From Styela clava (taxonomy: Eukaryota): a stretch of DNA of 64,000 bases. The notes beneath the pieces were generated by a model. It ran no database searches. It had not been told where the DNA came from and saw only the letters and a list, made by a program, of their open reading frames with translations. How positions within the stretch are numbered: the first letter of the stretch is position 1; every line of letters begins with the position of its first letter. The translations under genes and the position numbers were made by a program. Of the stretch, positions 38,701-52,057 are shown piece by piece. The stretch lies in contig NC_135261.1 in NCBI RefSeq assembly GCF_964204865.1, positions 8,680,001 to 8,744,000 on the forward strand. The letters are read 5' to 3'.

Positions 38701-40822
38701 TCATCTATTGAAACCCATGAAATTCTCTGAATGTTTAACTGATTCTGAAAGGTAAAGTTGTACATTTATTCCCTTTTCCATGAGTTTGTTCCACATCAGG
38801 GTGAGTTGCTGAATTGTTGGATTCATAGATGGGAAAAACACCCAGACGACCCATTCATCTGAAATACATTGGTACAGGTTACAATCAACAATGCAGTGGG
38901 AAAATTTTACATGTCATTTTATGGTATAAATGCTGGCGACATTACTATAATAACTTTATGGACAATATCATCAGTAGCCATATAAAGTTGTAAACCACTG
39001 ATTTATCAGAATTGCCGATTGAGGAAGATCCGAAATAAAATTTGGTGTAAAATTATATCACACAAAGATATTTCTTCTTTGATTGAAAAAAACCTCAATA
39101 ACGATTGTGGAATCAGTGAAAAATATGAAGCTGCAACTGTTGATTGTAATCCAGCAAGAGTATGTGTATACTTCTCATACTGTTTATTTGTCTCGAAAAT
39201 GTAACAGCATCTGAATAATAATTATCAGAAAGACATATTCAAGACCTTACTTTCCCGAACACAGCTGTGCGACATGTACCCTTCACATGCGTAACAACAA
39301 GTTAAGGACTGCTGCATTTTACTAGGACAAAATACATGAGATAAAATAAATATACAATGAAAACTTAAGTGTGATACACAAGACAGAAAGGAACAGATTG
39401 ACAACTTACAGCGGTCTGTTAATTGCACGGTCATGTCCCAGGTTCAGATGTGAAAAGATGAGAGTAGGGTATGAATCGTTCATTCATTTTTTTTACAATC
39501 AATATTACGAATGACTTGAAAATTTGTTCTGGACATGTACCAATAAGGGAAGGCATATTCTCTTTTCTCACTTTGAATCAATCATAAAACAAATTCAACA
39601 CTGTTGTGAGATGATATACGAGCCACAATGCAATTTATTAAACGACATTTTGCTGTTAACGACACACAATGTTTAGTTTTTCAAATGCCTTACGGTGTTG
39701 TGCATTGCACAATTGGAGCGATGTTTCAATTCCAGCATATCACACCTTAAAAGATACTACCTGCACTCTTGATCACAGTTGCTTTAGTTTAGAACAATGC
39801 TCATTACTAATGCTCCTACCATAGTTTCGTTGCATAAGATGGCGATACAGTATTTATTTATATACCTGCATAGCTGCAGAATGCATAAATTATATAATTC
39901 TCCTCATCACTTGAAATCAGAAGATCACCACTGAACAGAGCATCATCTGAATATCAAGAAATAGAAATATAGAATGAAGATCAAATAACATTCTACCTTA
40001 AACAACTTTCAATATCAATTTTACCTATTTTTGCTGCATTTCCACTTCTTCCACCCTCTGGAGTTAAAGTTTGTGATGCTTCGAGAGCTGGTTCTGTTTT
40101 CGAAAAAATTTCATTTTTCTGACTAGAATATTATGCCAAATTTAATTAAAAAGATAATTCAAAATATATACCATCATTCTGTGCCAATCTGTAGATACCT
40201 GCTTTCTTCCGTGTATCGTGAACTACAAAAGTTTGTGGAGGAAAACTAAAATATAAAGTTAGCATTATATCATCATTAGTTATAGTTAGTCGATTTATTA
40301 ATATAAGACTTAATTTGACTAATGGAGCATTGTGTTAAGCATTTCTCATTTGAAAAATATCCTACTTCTTGTGTAGTTCTGTGACAATCAAGTTCACTCC
40401 TGTGCTTGTTTTAGTAAAATTGTGTACTTTTGCACCAAATACATCTTTATCCATTACTGGATCAAATGTGTGGAGAACTTCGTACCAGGCTTCAGGAAAC
40501 TGTTATTTGAGAAGCATAGTAAATATACATAAATATAAGTGATCTGATAATATTCTTTATTATGGTGAGCTTTTAAAGATTGGGCAACAATCAATTAAAA
40601 CAAAGAAAACACATCTGATTGCTTAGCAAATGTATACATGCTAATGCTAAGTACAAAAATTTTTTAGAAAGTTTGAAATTTATAGAATTTACCGGTACTC
40701 ACATTATCCCAGTCAATATCTTCGTTATCTTCTGGAATGTTACATTGTTTAGTCTGTATGAATTCAAAACTTTGAACCAACATCAATAACAAAATGTACC
40801 TGCCCCTTTTTAAGATAAACAT
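38701..40822 (-). CDS. Lipocalin-like secreted protein, copy I (class I, 211 aa)
   Basis: Exons 40822-40703, 40499-40366 (FPEAWYEVLHTFDPVMDKDVFGAKVHNFT...), 40245-40172, 40093-40025, 39946-39866, 38858-38701. Open frame, GT-AG. Confidence 0.9.
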
Positions 40823-41115
40823 CTTCTTTTTATTCAATTTAGATTTTAAATTCTAGATGAATAATGAAATGAAGGAAGAATTGTTTTCAATTATCATCAC
40901 AGTTTTCAGTATTTTATTGATTCTCTTAAATATTAATTTGGAGATTTTAATGTAATGTAGTTTTATTTTTAAACTAATAGATTTGAAAGTTACTGTACAC
41001 TGTTGATATCACAGCTAGCTCTATGAGTGTAAAAAAATCTTGTTTTAGAGTATATAATACACAAACAAATATAAGTCTGTTACTTTGTGTAAAGCATAAA
41101 ACCATCAGTCTAAAT

Positions 41116-41635
41116 CAGGGGTGTGCAAAGTGCGGCCCGCGGAGAATGCTAACTTTGAATGGTGTCCAGCCAGTGGAATGAGTTTTTAATTTATTTTAAT
41201 CTGGTTCCCTTTGCGTGGCAAAGCTTATATCTGAGTCCAATTTATTATCTATGCTTATGGCGTTACAATTTTGGCTCAACATATTTTTTCAAAAGTGGGC
41301 CTTATAAAACCGCCTGAAAAAAAAAGACTTGGAAATGGATATCGAATTACTAGCACTTACATTAAAGCAAATTTGTATAAAGGTAGTCGGGAAAATAATC
41401 CAGCAGCTAGTTTCTCACTCAATTTGTTTAAATTTGAATGAAAGTTATCAAACACCTTTGCGTTTCAACTCATCATTTCTGCAAGGACCTCCAGTAATGC
41501 CATAAGATCAATAACATTAAGACACTACTTTGTGTCTGCAACTAATAGAAAGCCTATGTTAAATGAAGGTGCGCCCCGTGGTTTTACCCAGTTATCGATA
41601 TCTGGCCCTCCTACAAAAAAGGTTGCACACCCCTG
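41116..41635. mobile_element. hAT MITE upstream of copy I
   Basis: TIRs caggggtgtgcaa / ttgcacacccctg and perfect TSD gtctaaat. Confidence 0.88.
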
Positions 41636-43793
41636 GTCTAAATGAATCCTTGCCAAGACTCCTCATTCTGTCTGGAACTTTATAAGACAAGCCTTTCCTC
41701 CGGCGGTACAGTTTTATAGGCCTATATGAGCAATGTCTGAAAAAACTGTGATCAAAGATTCATGACGTCAATTTGTTTATTCAAATTCAATGTGAAGGTA
41801 AACATTAAGATAGCTTTGCAAAGTGCAAGAAGCATTTCATATTGAAAACCTCTGATGAATTTGAATCCCATTATGCAACACGAGTTTTTACATTCACCGT
41901 ATTTTTCGGCTATTATGACGCTTTTCTGAACCCAAGTTTTTTCATCTAATTATTGGTGGGCTATGCTTATTTTTTATTATCGCAAAATCTTCTTAAGCAT
42001 GATTTGTGTTAATTTTATATTTGGTTTAATATATATGTATTCGACATCACACGGCCTGCCAGTCAGGATTACTGGTATATATTTGACTTTATACTACCAG
42101 CTACCATTCGTCATATTCTTTTTAAAAATTTAATAGCAATCATCACTAATGCGATAAGGCACTCCCTATTTATACCCGAATCGGTGCTTCAAAAAGAAAA
42201 AGGCAATCACAAGATAAACCATTCGGTTTTTTCAACAATACCAGGCTGGACAGCACAGTTGTTACCTAAACCATGGATGTACAGTGAAGTACTTATTTCA
42301 CCATATCCACAGGTTATTTTAACATATCAAATTTATTCTGTCAATGAATTGATGTATTATTGGAAGTATTAAAATGTTAAAGGATGGCCTGGCATTATCA
42401 TCTTGCTTAATCATGAAAATTGAAATGCATGAACTTTGCCATTTGTTGGCTAATGACTATGTTTGTGATTTTTGCAGCATTGGGCCTGCTTTCTACCATA
42501 ATTGGCATATTTGCCAACACACAACAACATTAAATATGGCCATTCATAAAATGAAGTCATTGACCTGTTGCCTGTGTCCTAAAAATATTATGCTCAACAT
42601 CATTTTTTATGGAAGAATCATTGTCAAAATGAATTTTAACTTGAAAAACGTAAAGCATTGTTCGCATGCACTCGTGGTTGACTAGAACCAGGTCATGTCT
42701 GATTCCATTTAAAAAATAAAATTATCAGCGAGCTTTGGTGCTTCAACTGGTGAACAAGGATTAATTTTTTTTCTCGACCTGTTTGGTAGTAGTATGGAAA
42801 ATCCAGATATTCAATGCTAAAATTTGGCGTGGTTTTATTTGTGGGGTAAACTTATAAGCCGGGAAATACTGTATTCATATTAGGTTATTCCACTGCATGT
42901 GAGTGAAAGAATCCATCATCATGTATCTGCTTATACCGTCTATTTAGAAGCAATGAGTTATTCATATGTTTCATATTTAATTTAGGATACTTGGTTTAGG
43001 TCGATGTTTAAATGTGAAGAATTATCCTTAACATCAAATCTTTCAATAAACATTGTGCAATCCCTACTTACCGGTATCCATTTTTCTTTATACTGTCGAT
43101 TTATGTGACAAATTTGTCATGACATAGTGGCATGAAAATCGTGAGGTTGAGCTTTGCAATAATCAGTATCATTGAGAATCTCCTATTGCAGATGTTTTGG
43201 ATTTTAAAATAACTTCAATACACATCTTGTGAATTCTTTTCTCTCCATTTTATGCTTTCGATTATTGCATTTGGTTACCAGTATACATTTTTTCCTATTT
43301 TAAACCTGAAATTTTCAAGAGTTTGAGAGTTAAAATTCTGAATATCTTTTGACTTAATTTGAGTTAATTTTTTTTCAGATTAGCTTACTTTCACGTTTTC
43401 TGTGAATCAAAATGCTGTGTGGCGGTGGCCCAAATAAGTGTTCATAAAATTTTTTCATCATGACCCACTTTATACCTTTGATTAAACCTTGCATATTTTC
43501 ACACATAAGATAGAATCTTGGCTGTATTTCAGATGGTGGGTCCCAGTACTGAATTTGAATTTTTGAAATTTAATCTAATCGGAACCCTTGGTTTGAGGTG
43601 CCCTGGCCTAAATAATATATATTTCTCACCATTCAAAGACAAGGTCGCCTACTTTTCACCAAAATTGCCTAATCTAATTATGAATTCAAACCATTTCAGA
43701 TTGTTCTTCATTTCCCAACAACCTCAATTTAATATGGGTAATTTATATTAAATTCAACTTCCAACTTCAGGAGTGTAAATATAAACTATATGA

Positions 43794-43963
43794 ACTCGCT
43801 CATTGGTTGCCTCTTTCCTTACCATGCCAGACCATTCGCACGTAGAGATTAATGGGTTAAATACCTTCACACCCATCTACTCGCTCATTGGTTGCCTCTT
43901 TCCTTACCATGCCAGACCATTCGCACGTAGAGATTAATGGGTTAAATACCTTCACACCCATCT
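43794..43963. repeat. Perfect 85-bp tandem duplication
   Basis: actcgctcattggttgcc...cacacccatct occurs twice, starting at 43794 and 43879. Confidence 0.92.
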
Positions 43964-44405
43964 TGAAATGGTTTGATAGGGATAATGATTGGGCTGTATT
44001 GTTGTCCCTGGGATCAAATTAGAAATCCCATCAAGACTGTTTCAATTATATTTTATGACAGCATAAGGAAACAAACTTTTCGATGTAACATTGTCATCTT
44101 CCAAACCAACTTGCTGCTGCATTTGCTCCATTGTCAATTCTAAAACTTCAAAATTTCCATTTAATAATTTATTAATTAATTTATTATTAGTATTTTATTA
44201 TAATTTAATATATTATTTATTATTAAGCATTTCAAATAATATTTGTTGATCTACGATATTTCTGATACTTTCAGTTGCTATTCCGCATGGCATACAATCG
44301 ATGCATTCAATTCGTGTAATATAATTGAGTCAACAAATAGTCAAACATAACAAATAGTCAGAATCCTTGTGGAACTTGTTTTGTTCATGTAACAATTGTC
44401 TATAC

Positions 44406-45906
44406 CAGTGTTTCCCAACCCAAGTCCGCGGTCTCAAATGAGTCTGTGGAGCGTTTAAATGAGTCCGCAACAAGCCAGAAATTTGCTGCAGGTCGCAAAT
44501 GTTTTTGCGAAACCTAACCAAAAGCCAAGTTACGATTTATGTTAGAATTTATATAAAACATAAAAAGCAAGTTTATTGGTCGCAAATGTTTTTGCGAAAC
44601 CTAACCAAAAGCCAAGTTACGATTTATGTTAGAATTTATATAAAACATAAAAAGCAAGTTTATTCACATAACTTCAATCGAGTCAATAATTACTGGAAAC
44701 TGAGTAGGGCTAGGCATATATTCGAATATTCAACTTTTAGAATAGCAATTTACTATTCGAAAATATGGTAGCAGGTGGCGCGACAAGTCACTTGCGCGTC
44801 GCTTAATCAAACGATTGGATTTCACAACTCACTTGCGGATTTCCGCCAAAAACACGAGTCGGCAAATGCGTAGATAGATACTTGGTGTGGTGTTTCTCGT
44901 GAGCTCGAACATTGAGGAATAATATTTTTTCTGGTAGGTGTAAATGGTGGCACCCTAAATATTCTAAATTGAAAAGCGGCAATACAAAATACTAAAAATA
45001 AAACGGAGAACACCATAAGTTTTGCTTTATGGTGGTCTGCAACCGATTAAAAACGGATTTTAGAGATTGCAAATCGCAAAATTTCGGGTGCTGCCGTAGT
45101 ATACGAATCAGGGCATTTTTCCTTAAGATTCTTTGCTTTAATGCCTCTACATTGGTACGTACAGTAGCCTACTGGAGCGTCGTAAGTGTTGTACGGACAG
45201 CTCAGATTTGTCGAATTCACAAAAATACGAATCAAAACAAAATATAGTCGGGCATTTTACCACGCATTTTGTGTCCGCGGATTGTCATGGTATTTTATGA
45301 GAAGTATTGCATTTATTTCGTCAACACAATCGTAGATTTAAACGATCTCAATTAAATTAATTAAGAAGGCGATGAATATTTTTTTTTTTGATTAACTAAT
45401 ATACTTTATTTATATTTTCAATAAGTACAAAATCAAGTTGTACTTTCTGGAAATTTATAGCAGATAGTAGGATTTTTCTAACAGCGATAACAAATTCGCA
45501 AGTTTGCAAAAAATATGTATCAATCAAACTAAATCTAATTGGGCAATATATTTTCACATTAATATGTTCACAGATTGCCGTGGAATTTTAAAGAAGTTAT
45601 GCTTTCATCTTGTCATAAGTCGACACATCCGTGAGTGACCATGAACACAGCTAAATTAAAATAGAAAGACATTTTGAATTCTCGTAGTTGTCAGAGATTG
45701 AATATTGTGCGACAGAAAAGGCCATTTCTACATTAACAAACGCGTAATTGCAGCGAATTTCCGATTTCGAAATTCGTTAATATTCTGTTGTGTTTGGTGT
45801 TATTACTTCTTCACGCAGAGTACGGTTGCAATAAACGCACGTCGAGTCCGCAAAGGTTTTCGCCGGTGAGAAAATAGTCCGCGACCAAAAAAGGTTGAAA
45901 ATGCTG
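44406..45906. mobile_element. Non-autonomous hAT element, inverted copy of the 22314-24125 family
   Basis: TIRs cagtgtttcccaacc / ggttgaaaatgctg and TSD gtctatac/gtccatac. Contains an 87-bp tandem duplication at 44491-44664. Confidence 0.87.
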
Positions 45907-46964
45907 GTCCATACAAACCACTTATGATGTAATAATGTTAGTGCTAAAATTCCATTTTTTTAGAAGTGCAAAGTTTTCCAGTCATGGATTAGACTTCTAG
46001 CGAGAAGTTAGTTTAGTTAACACATTATTTCATAGTCTGAATCTGTTGAAATCTTTCATTTTCAACATCTTATTTATTGGAAAAAGGTTTTCTCTGCAAC
46101 TTACAGTGGGTGAGGTATTTGTAAGTTTGGGAATCACTGATTTAGGCCGCAATACTGGCATCATAAGATTACTGCATTTCCAAAATTTTATGGCATTTAA
46201 AATGGAGTATTGAAGAACTATAAAAATCATCTCGAAGAAAACTTAAACATTTCTAACATCTTAGTAAAACAAACAATTATTCAATGATATTTGTATCAAC
46301 ATTCAAATTTTCCGTTTTGTTAAATTTGCATGTTTGCCGTAAAGCAGTGGTTCACAAACTGGGGTCCACGTACCCCTTACAGGTCCAAGAGGGAATATCA
46401 GGGTGGCCGCAACAGCCTTTAGTTTTTGCATCATAGGCTCATGTTGTTTTTGGCATTATCATGTCAGTTTTTTGAATTTCACTTTAATTATTGGACACAA
46501 AGTGGGCCTATGGATCGTTTTTTCATTTTGTATTTTCTTCTTCTTAATGTGAAAAAATTGTTTTACCCTTCAAATACGGTAATAAATGGTAATGATAAAT
46601 TCTGAATAAATAACTCAGAAAACAATCCCAAGTTTGTTGGTTTGGGATCCATCTTTTCAGGAGATATATATTCGAGAGAGCACAATTAACATCTTGTTGA
46701 TTGGAAGAGATATTTTTTAGAAATCAAAAATAACACATGTTATCTGTTTTTTATTTAATAAATTGTTCTACATCCAAAATATGCAAATTTATGTTAAAGT
46801 CAATATTTTGTTTATGAACAATATCTTTGTTATTTGAGAGTTAATGTCATTTTAGTTGTAGGTTTTCGGTAAAACTAAATTTGATTGTATGCATTTGCAT
46901 AATGAACGAAATACATAGATACATTGAAACACCCAAATCTGAATTCAAAATATTAGCAGCATTG

Positions 46965-48633
46965 TCATTCAAAACGCTTGAAAATCTCTGGATGTTCCAC
47001 TGCTTCTGCAAGGTGAAGTTGTACATTGATTCCCTTTTCCATGAGTTTGTTCCACATCAGGGTGAGTTGCTTAATTGTTGGATTCATGGTTGGAAAAACC
47101 ACCCAGACAACCCATTCATCTGAAACATATTTCAAATTCGTTTTACGGAATGTTTCATAAGGGAAATGCGAAACATTCAATTCAATATTTGGTTAAAGAT
47201 TAGGTAATGAAGGCAACCAACATATACCGGTATATATATATATATATATGTGTCTGAGTGGTGCCCGAGCAGTAAAAAGCAACATTTTCTGCATCACATA
47301 TAATATTACTTCTTAAGTTTGTATTTCTTGCTACAGTAGTTTTCTATGCAGTTTTTTCACTGCAGAGTGATGAAGTAGGGTTTCACAAAATTATTCAAAT
47401 AATAAGTGTAGCTTAGAATGAGCATGCACTAAGATAATATATTGTAATGCAATATTATATAAGTCGAAATATGGCTAAGTACTGGTATGTCGCTACCTGA
47501 AGGACTGCAGAATGCGTATATTATGTAATTCTTCTCATCACTTAAAATCAAAATATCAGCATTGAACAGTGCAAGATCTAAATATCAATGAATAAAAGGT
47601 ATCGGATGAAGTTTAGGGAAATAGCATTTTACATGAATAAGTTAACACTCTTTACCTAATTTCATTGCATCCTCACTTGTTCCACCGTCTGGTGTTAAAG
47701 TTTGTGATGCTAGAGCAGCTTGTTCTGTTTGAAAATTCAAATAACTCTTTTTTACTGCACTGTTTTGCCCATTTTGATTTGCAATTGAAAAATTAATAAA
47801 ACAAATATACCACTACTCTTTGCCAATTTATAAACACCTGTTCCTTTCTTCCTCCAAAGGGCTGCGTAAGTTTGTGGAGAAGAACTAAAATATTAAGTTA
47901 TCAGCATATCATAATTACCGTAGTTATATATAGTAATTTATTATTGACATATTTTATTTAATTATTGATATATTAATTTACTCTTAAGTCAACTATTGTA
48001 CAATTTCGTTCATGAACTTTAATGTAAATTATTGTACATTCGAAAAAATCACTGACTTCTTGTGTAGTTCTGTGACCACTGCTCGCACTTCTGTGCTTGT
48101 TTTGGTAAAATTCCACAGCTTTGTACCATATACGTTATTTGTCATTACTGGATCATTGGTGTGTAGAACCTCATACCAGTCGTCGGTGACCTGACAGAAG
48201 AAAAACATAATAAATGTGCATGAATGAATGACTGATTCAATAATATTGCTGGATTATGGTGATCTTTTGAAGATTGCCATGATAATTCTGATTCAAACAA
48301 ATTTTACTTGACAACAACAGGATTCTACTCGATGGCTAAATGTTTTCCTGAATTAATTGTTCAATATATACATATAAGGATAAATATACGGTCTCATAGA
48401 ATACTAAAATTTCCTTACAAATGAAATTTATATGGAATATTTTGTGATTTTAATTTTAGAGTTACAAATGTGATGAATTCAGAAGTTTTAAATGTCTAGA
48501 AGTATGTACTGACCTGATCCCAGTCAATATCTTCATTATCCTCTGGAATGTTACATTGTTTAGTCTGAATGAATTCAAAACTTTGAACCAACATCAATAG
48601 CAAAATGTACCTGCCCCTATTTAAGATAAACAT
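46965..48633 (-). CDS. Lipocalin-like secreted protein, copy J (210 aa)
   Basis: Exons 48633-48514, 48190-48057 (VTDDWYEVLHTNDPVMTNNVYGTKLWNFT...), 47884-47811, 47724-47656, 47577-47497, 47119-46965. Open frame, GT-AG. Confidence 0.9.
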
Positions 48634-48925
48634 CTTCTTTTTATTCAATTTGGATATTTAAATTCTAGATGAATAATGAAATGAAGGAAGAGTTTTCAAT
48701 TATCATCACAGTTTTCAGTATTTTATTGTTTCTCTTAAATATTAATTTGAAGATTTTAATGTAATGTAGTTTTATTTTTAAACTAATAGATTTGGAAAGT
48801 CACTGTACACTGTTGTAATCACAGCTAGCTCTCTGAGTGTAAAAAAATCTTGTTTTAGTGTATATAATACACAAACAAATATAAGTCTGTTACTTTGTGT
48901 AAAGCATAAAACCATCAGTCCAGAG

Positions 48926-49837
48926 CAGTGGTTCTCAACCGTTTACAGACCGCGTACCACTTTACTGTTTTTTACTATGGCACCACCGACAAAGCCCTTT
49001 TTTGGCGTGAGGAAAAAGACACAAGAAATGTGCTATGGGAGTATTTTATAATGTGGCACTACATCCCTTGTGACAAAAACATGCCCATATCGCTTCATTT
49101 AAGGTGGGCAATAGCGGCGAGGGCGATCTCTAAAGTCGAGGACTGGTAGCGCACCAGCGCTATGGACGTTTCCTCGACCATTGACCCCGGAAAATTTATC
49201 CCTATACTTAACTATTGCAAACTTTATACTTATTCTGAGAGTGTTTTGATGTGTTGGCGCATATAAACTGGTTTACGTGTTTGAAACCATCATTTGTATT
49301 GATATTAATCAACCATGTGCCGTTTGCAGGTACTGATTTATATAGCTAAGTTTAGCCTTGTTTATCGCAGCCTTTGCGAGATTCTTTTGTAATTACTGCA
49401 ACTAAATTAAAGCTCCGCTGAAGACATAATGACAATTAAGTTGATTAATTCACAATTATTTTTTTGAAACACAACTGAAAACTGACAAATATCACTCAAA
49501 ACTACAAAAACGAGGCAATGTTTGCAACCATGCTTGAATATCTTGAATATCTTGAATATCTGGGCGACAAAAGTGTCTGAGCGGCTGGTTGCAGAAATTG
49601 CAATTGTTACCTGTTGCGTCAATATTGACCTATTGCTGATTGGTTATAGTTACGGAAATAAACAAGGAAACTGAAGCTTGGGAAAACATCCATAAACGCT
49701 CAGCGAATACATACAGTAGGGAAGATAAAGCGTTGCCGTCATATTTTACCCAACTGAAAGGCTAATTGTTGCAATAATTCAAATCTGCTCGCGTACCACT
49801 TGAAAAGCTTTCGCGTACCACAGGTTGAGAACCACTG
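48926..49837. mobile_element. hAT element upstream of copy J
   Basis: Perfect TIRs cagtggttctcaacc / ggttgagaaccactg and cgcgtaccac subterminal motifs. Flanks gtccagag / gtctaaat. Confidence 0.85.
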
Positions 49838-50098
49838 GTCTAAATGAATCCCTGTCGTGATTCTTCATTCTGTCTGGAACTTTATGTGACAAGCCTTTCC
49901 TCCGGCAGTACAGTTTTATAGGCCTATATGAGCAATGTCTGAAAAAACTGTGATCAAAGATTCATGACGTCAATTTGTTTATTTGAATTCAATATGAATG
50001 TAAACATTGAGATAGCTTTGCAAAGTGCAAGAAGCGCTTCATATTGAAAACCTCTGAGAAAGTTGAATCCCTTTATGCAACACAAGTTTTTACATTCA

Positions 50099-50808
50099 CC
50101 GTATTTTCCGGCTAATATGACGCTTTTCTGAACCCAAGTTTTTTCATCTAATTATTGCTGGGCTATGCTTATTTATTATTATCGCAAAATCTTTCCAAGC
50201 ATGATTTGTGGTAATTTTATATTTGGTTTAGTATATATGTATTCGACACCAAACGGTCTGCCAGTCACAATTACTGGTAGCCTATATATTTGACTTCATA
50301 CTACCGGCTACTATTTGTCATATTCTTTTTAAAAATTTTATAGCAATCATCACTAATGCAATAAGGCCTCCACCTATTTCATATCTGAATCGGTGCTTAA
50401 AAAAGAAAAAGGCAATCACAAGATAAACCCTTCGGTATTTTCAACAACACCAGGCTGGACAGCACAGTTGTTAACTAAACCATGGTTGTACAGTGAAGTA
50501 CTTATTTCACCATATCCACAGGTTATTTTACCATTCCAGTTAATAGGTTCTTCCAAAATGATTGTTGTTATCTTTTTATCGCTTAAGTACTGCTTTATAA
50601 TTAGGAGTAGCTATTTCTGTGAGTATGATTCTACTGCAACAGCAATGACCTGGTTCTAACCACATAAAATTATGAGCGCATATTGGTGCTCAGCAGAACA
50701 TCTTGTTCTACTGTCTTTATTTACCTTTATATGGAAAAAAACATTTCGGTGCTTAAAATAAACATAGTCTCATTTGCCGGGTATACTTATCTTAGTCGGG
50801 AAATGCTG
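50099..50808. mobile_element. pogo-like MITE (related copies begin at 41897 and about 59300)
   Basis: Ends ccgtattttccggcta / tagtcgggaaatgctg-ta. Further right-end copies end near 42871 and 51352. Confidence 0.62.
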
Positions 50809-52057
50809 TATTTAATATCCAATTTTTTCAGTCAATGAATTGATGTATTATTGGAAGTATTAAAAAGTTTAAGGATGGCCTGGCATTATTATCTTGCTTA
50901 ATCATGAAAATCGATATATGCTTGAACTTTGCCATTTGTCTGCTAATGAAGATGTTTGTGATTTTTTGCAGCATTGGCCTACTTTCCACCAAAATTGGTA
51001 TTTTGCCAACTCACAACAACATTAAATATGGCCATTCATAAAATGAAGTCATTGACCTGTTGCCTGTGTCCTAAAAATTTTATGCCCAACATCAGTTTTT
51101 ATGGAAAAATCATTGTCAAAATGAATTTTAACTTGAAAAAAATAACGCATGCACTCGTGGTTGACTAGAACCAGGTCATGTCTGATTCCAATTAAAATAA
51201 AATTATGAGCGAGCTTTGGTGCTTCAACTGGTGAACAAGAATTGATTTTTTTGCTTGACCAATTTGGTAGTAGTATGGAAAATCCAGATATTCAATGCTA
51301 AAAATTGGCTTTATCTTATTTGTGGGCTGAACTTATTAGCCGGGAAATACTGTATTTTTATTAGGTTATTCCACTGCATGTGAGTGAAAGAATCCATCAT
51401 CATGTATCTGCTTATACCGTCTATTTAGAAGTATTGAGTTATTAATATGATTCATATACATTTTAGGCTACTCGGTGTACGTCGATGTTTAAATGGAAAG
51501 CAATGTGAGGAATTATTCTTTACATCTAATCTTTTAATAAACATTGCACAGTTACCATCCTTACCTAACCAAGTCATAGAACAGACTATTCATTGCATGC
51601 CTTGCATTCTGTGCATGTACATGTGTGATGATGCTGACAAGACTGGATAAAATACGTAATTTTTTTGTTTATACTGTCTGGCTTTGAGGAACATGCATTG
51701 CTTCATGGAAGAAGAGGTCAAAAATGATCAATAGATTCACGAAATATATGGAAGACTGCTGTACAAGGTGGCTTTTAATAATACACACAATATAGAACCT
51801 TTCCAAATTTCAATGAGTATTTTAACATGCAACATACAAGTACCACACAGCAATTCCATAAATGTCATTCCATCAAATGACATTTCGCACATTCAAACAA
51901 TTTTACTATATCAAGCTCTTGGTGATTTGCTATTTTTAGAATGCCAATTGGTAGTAGTAACACAAAACAAGTGATGTCACTCTTGAATGCATAAAATGAC
52001 TGCAATATATCAACCAAATTTCGTATAAGCTTCATGACATATTAAATATAATAACTT

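Larger units (their letters stand above)
35150..40830 (+). repeat. Segmental duplicate of about 19460-29430 (H-I unit versus E-F unit)
   Basis: Colinear exons 1-2, promoter, LINE fragment, spacer and next gene. The units differ mainly by transposon insertions and indels. Confidence 0.85.

Noticed and set aside
44499-44771. 90-aa ORF with a perfect 29-aa internal repeat
   Set aside because: It results from an 87-bp tandem duplication inside a non-autonomous hAT element.
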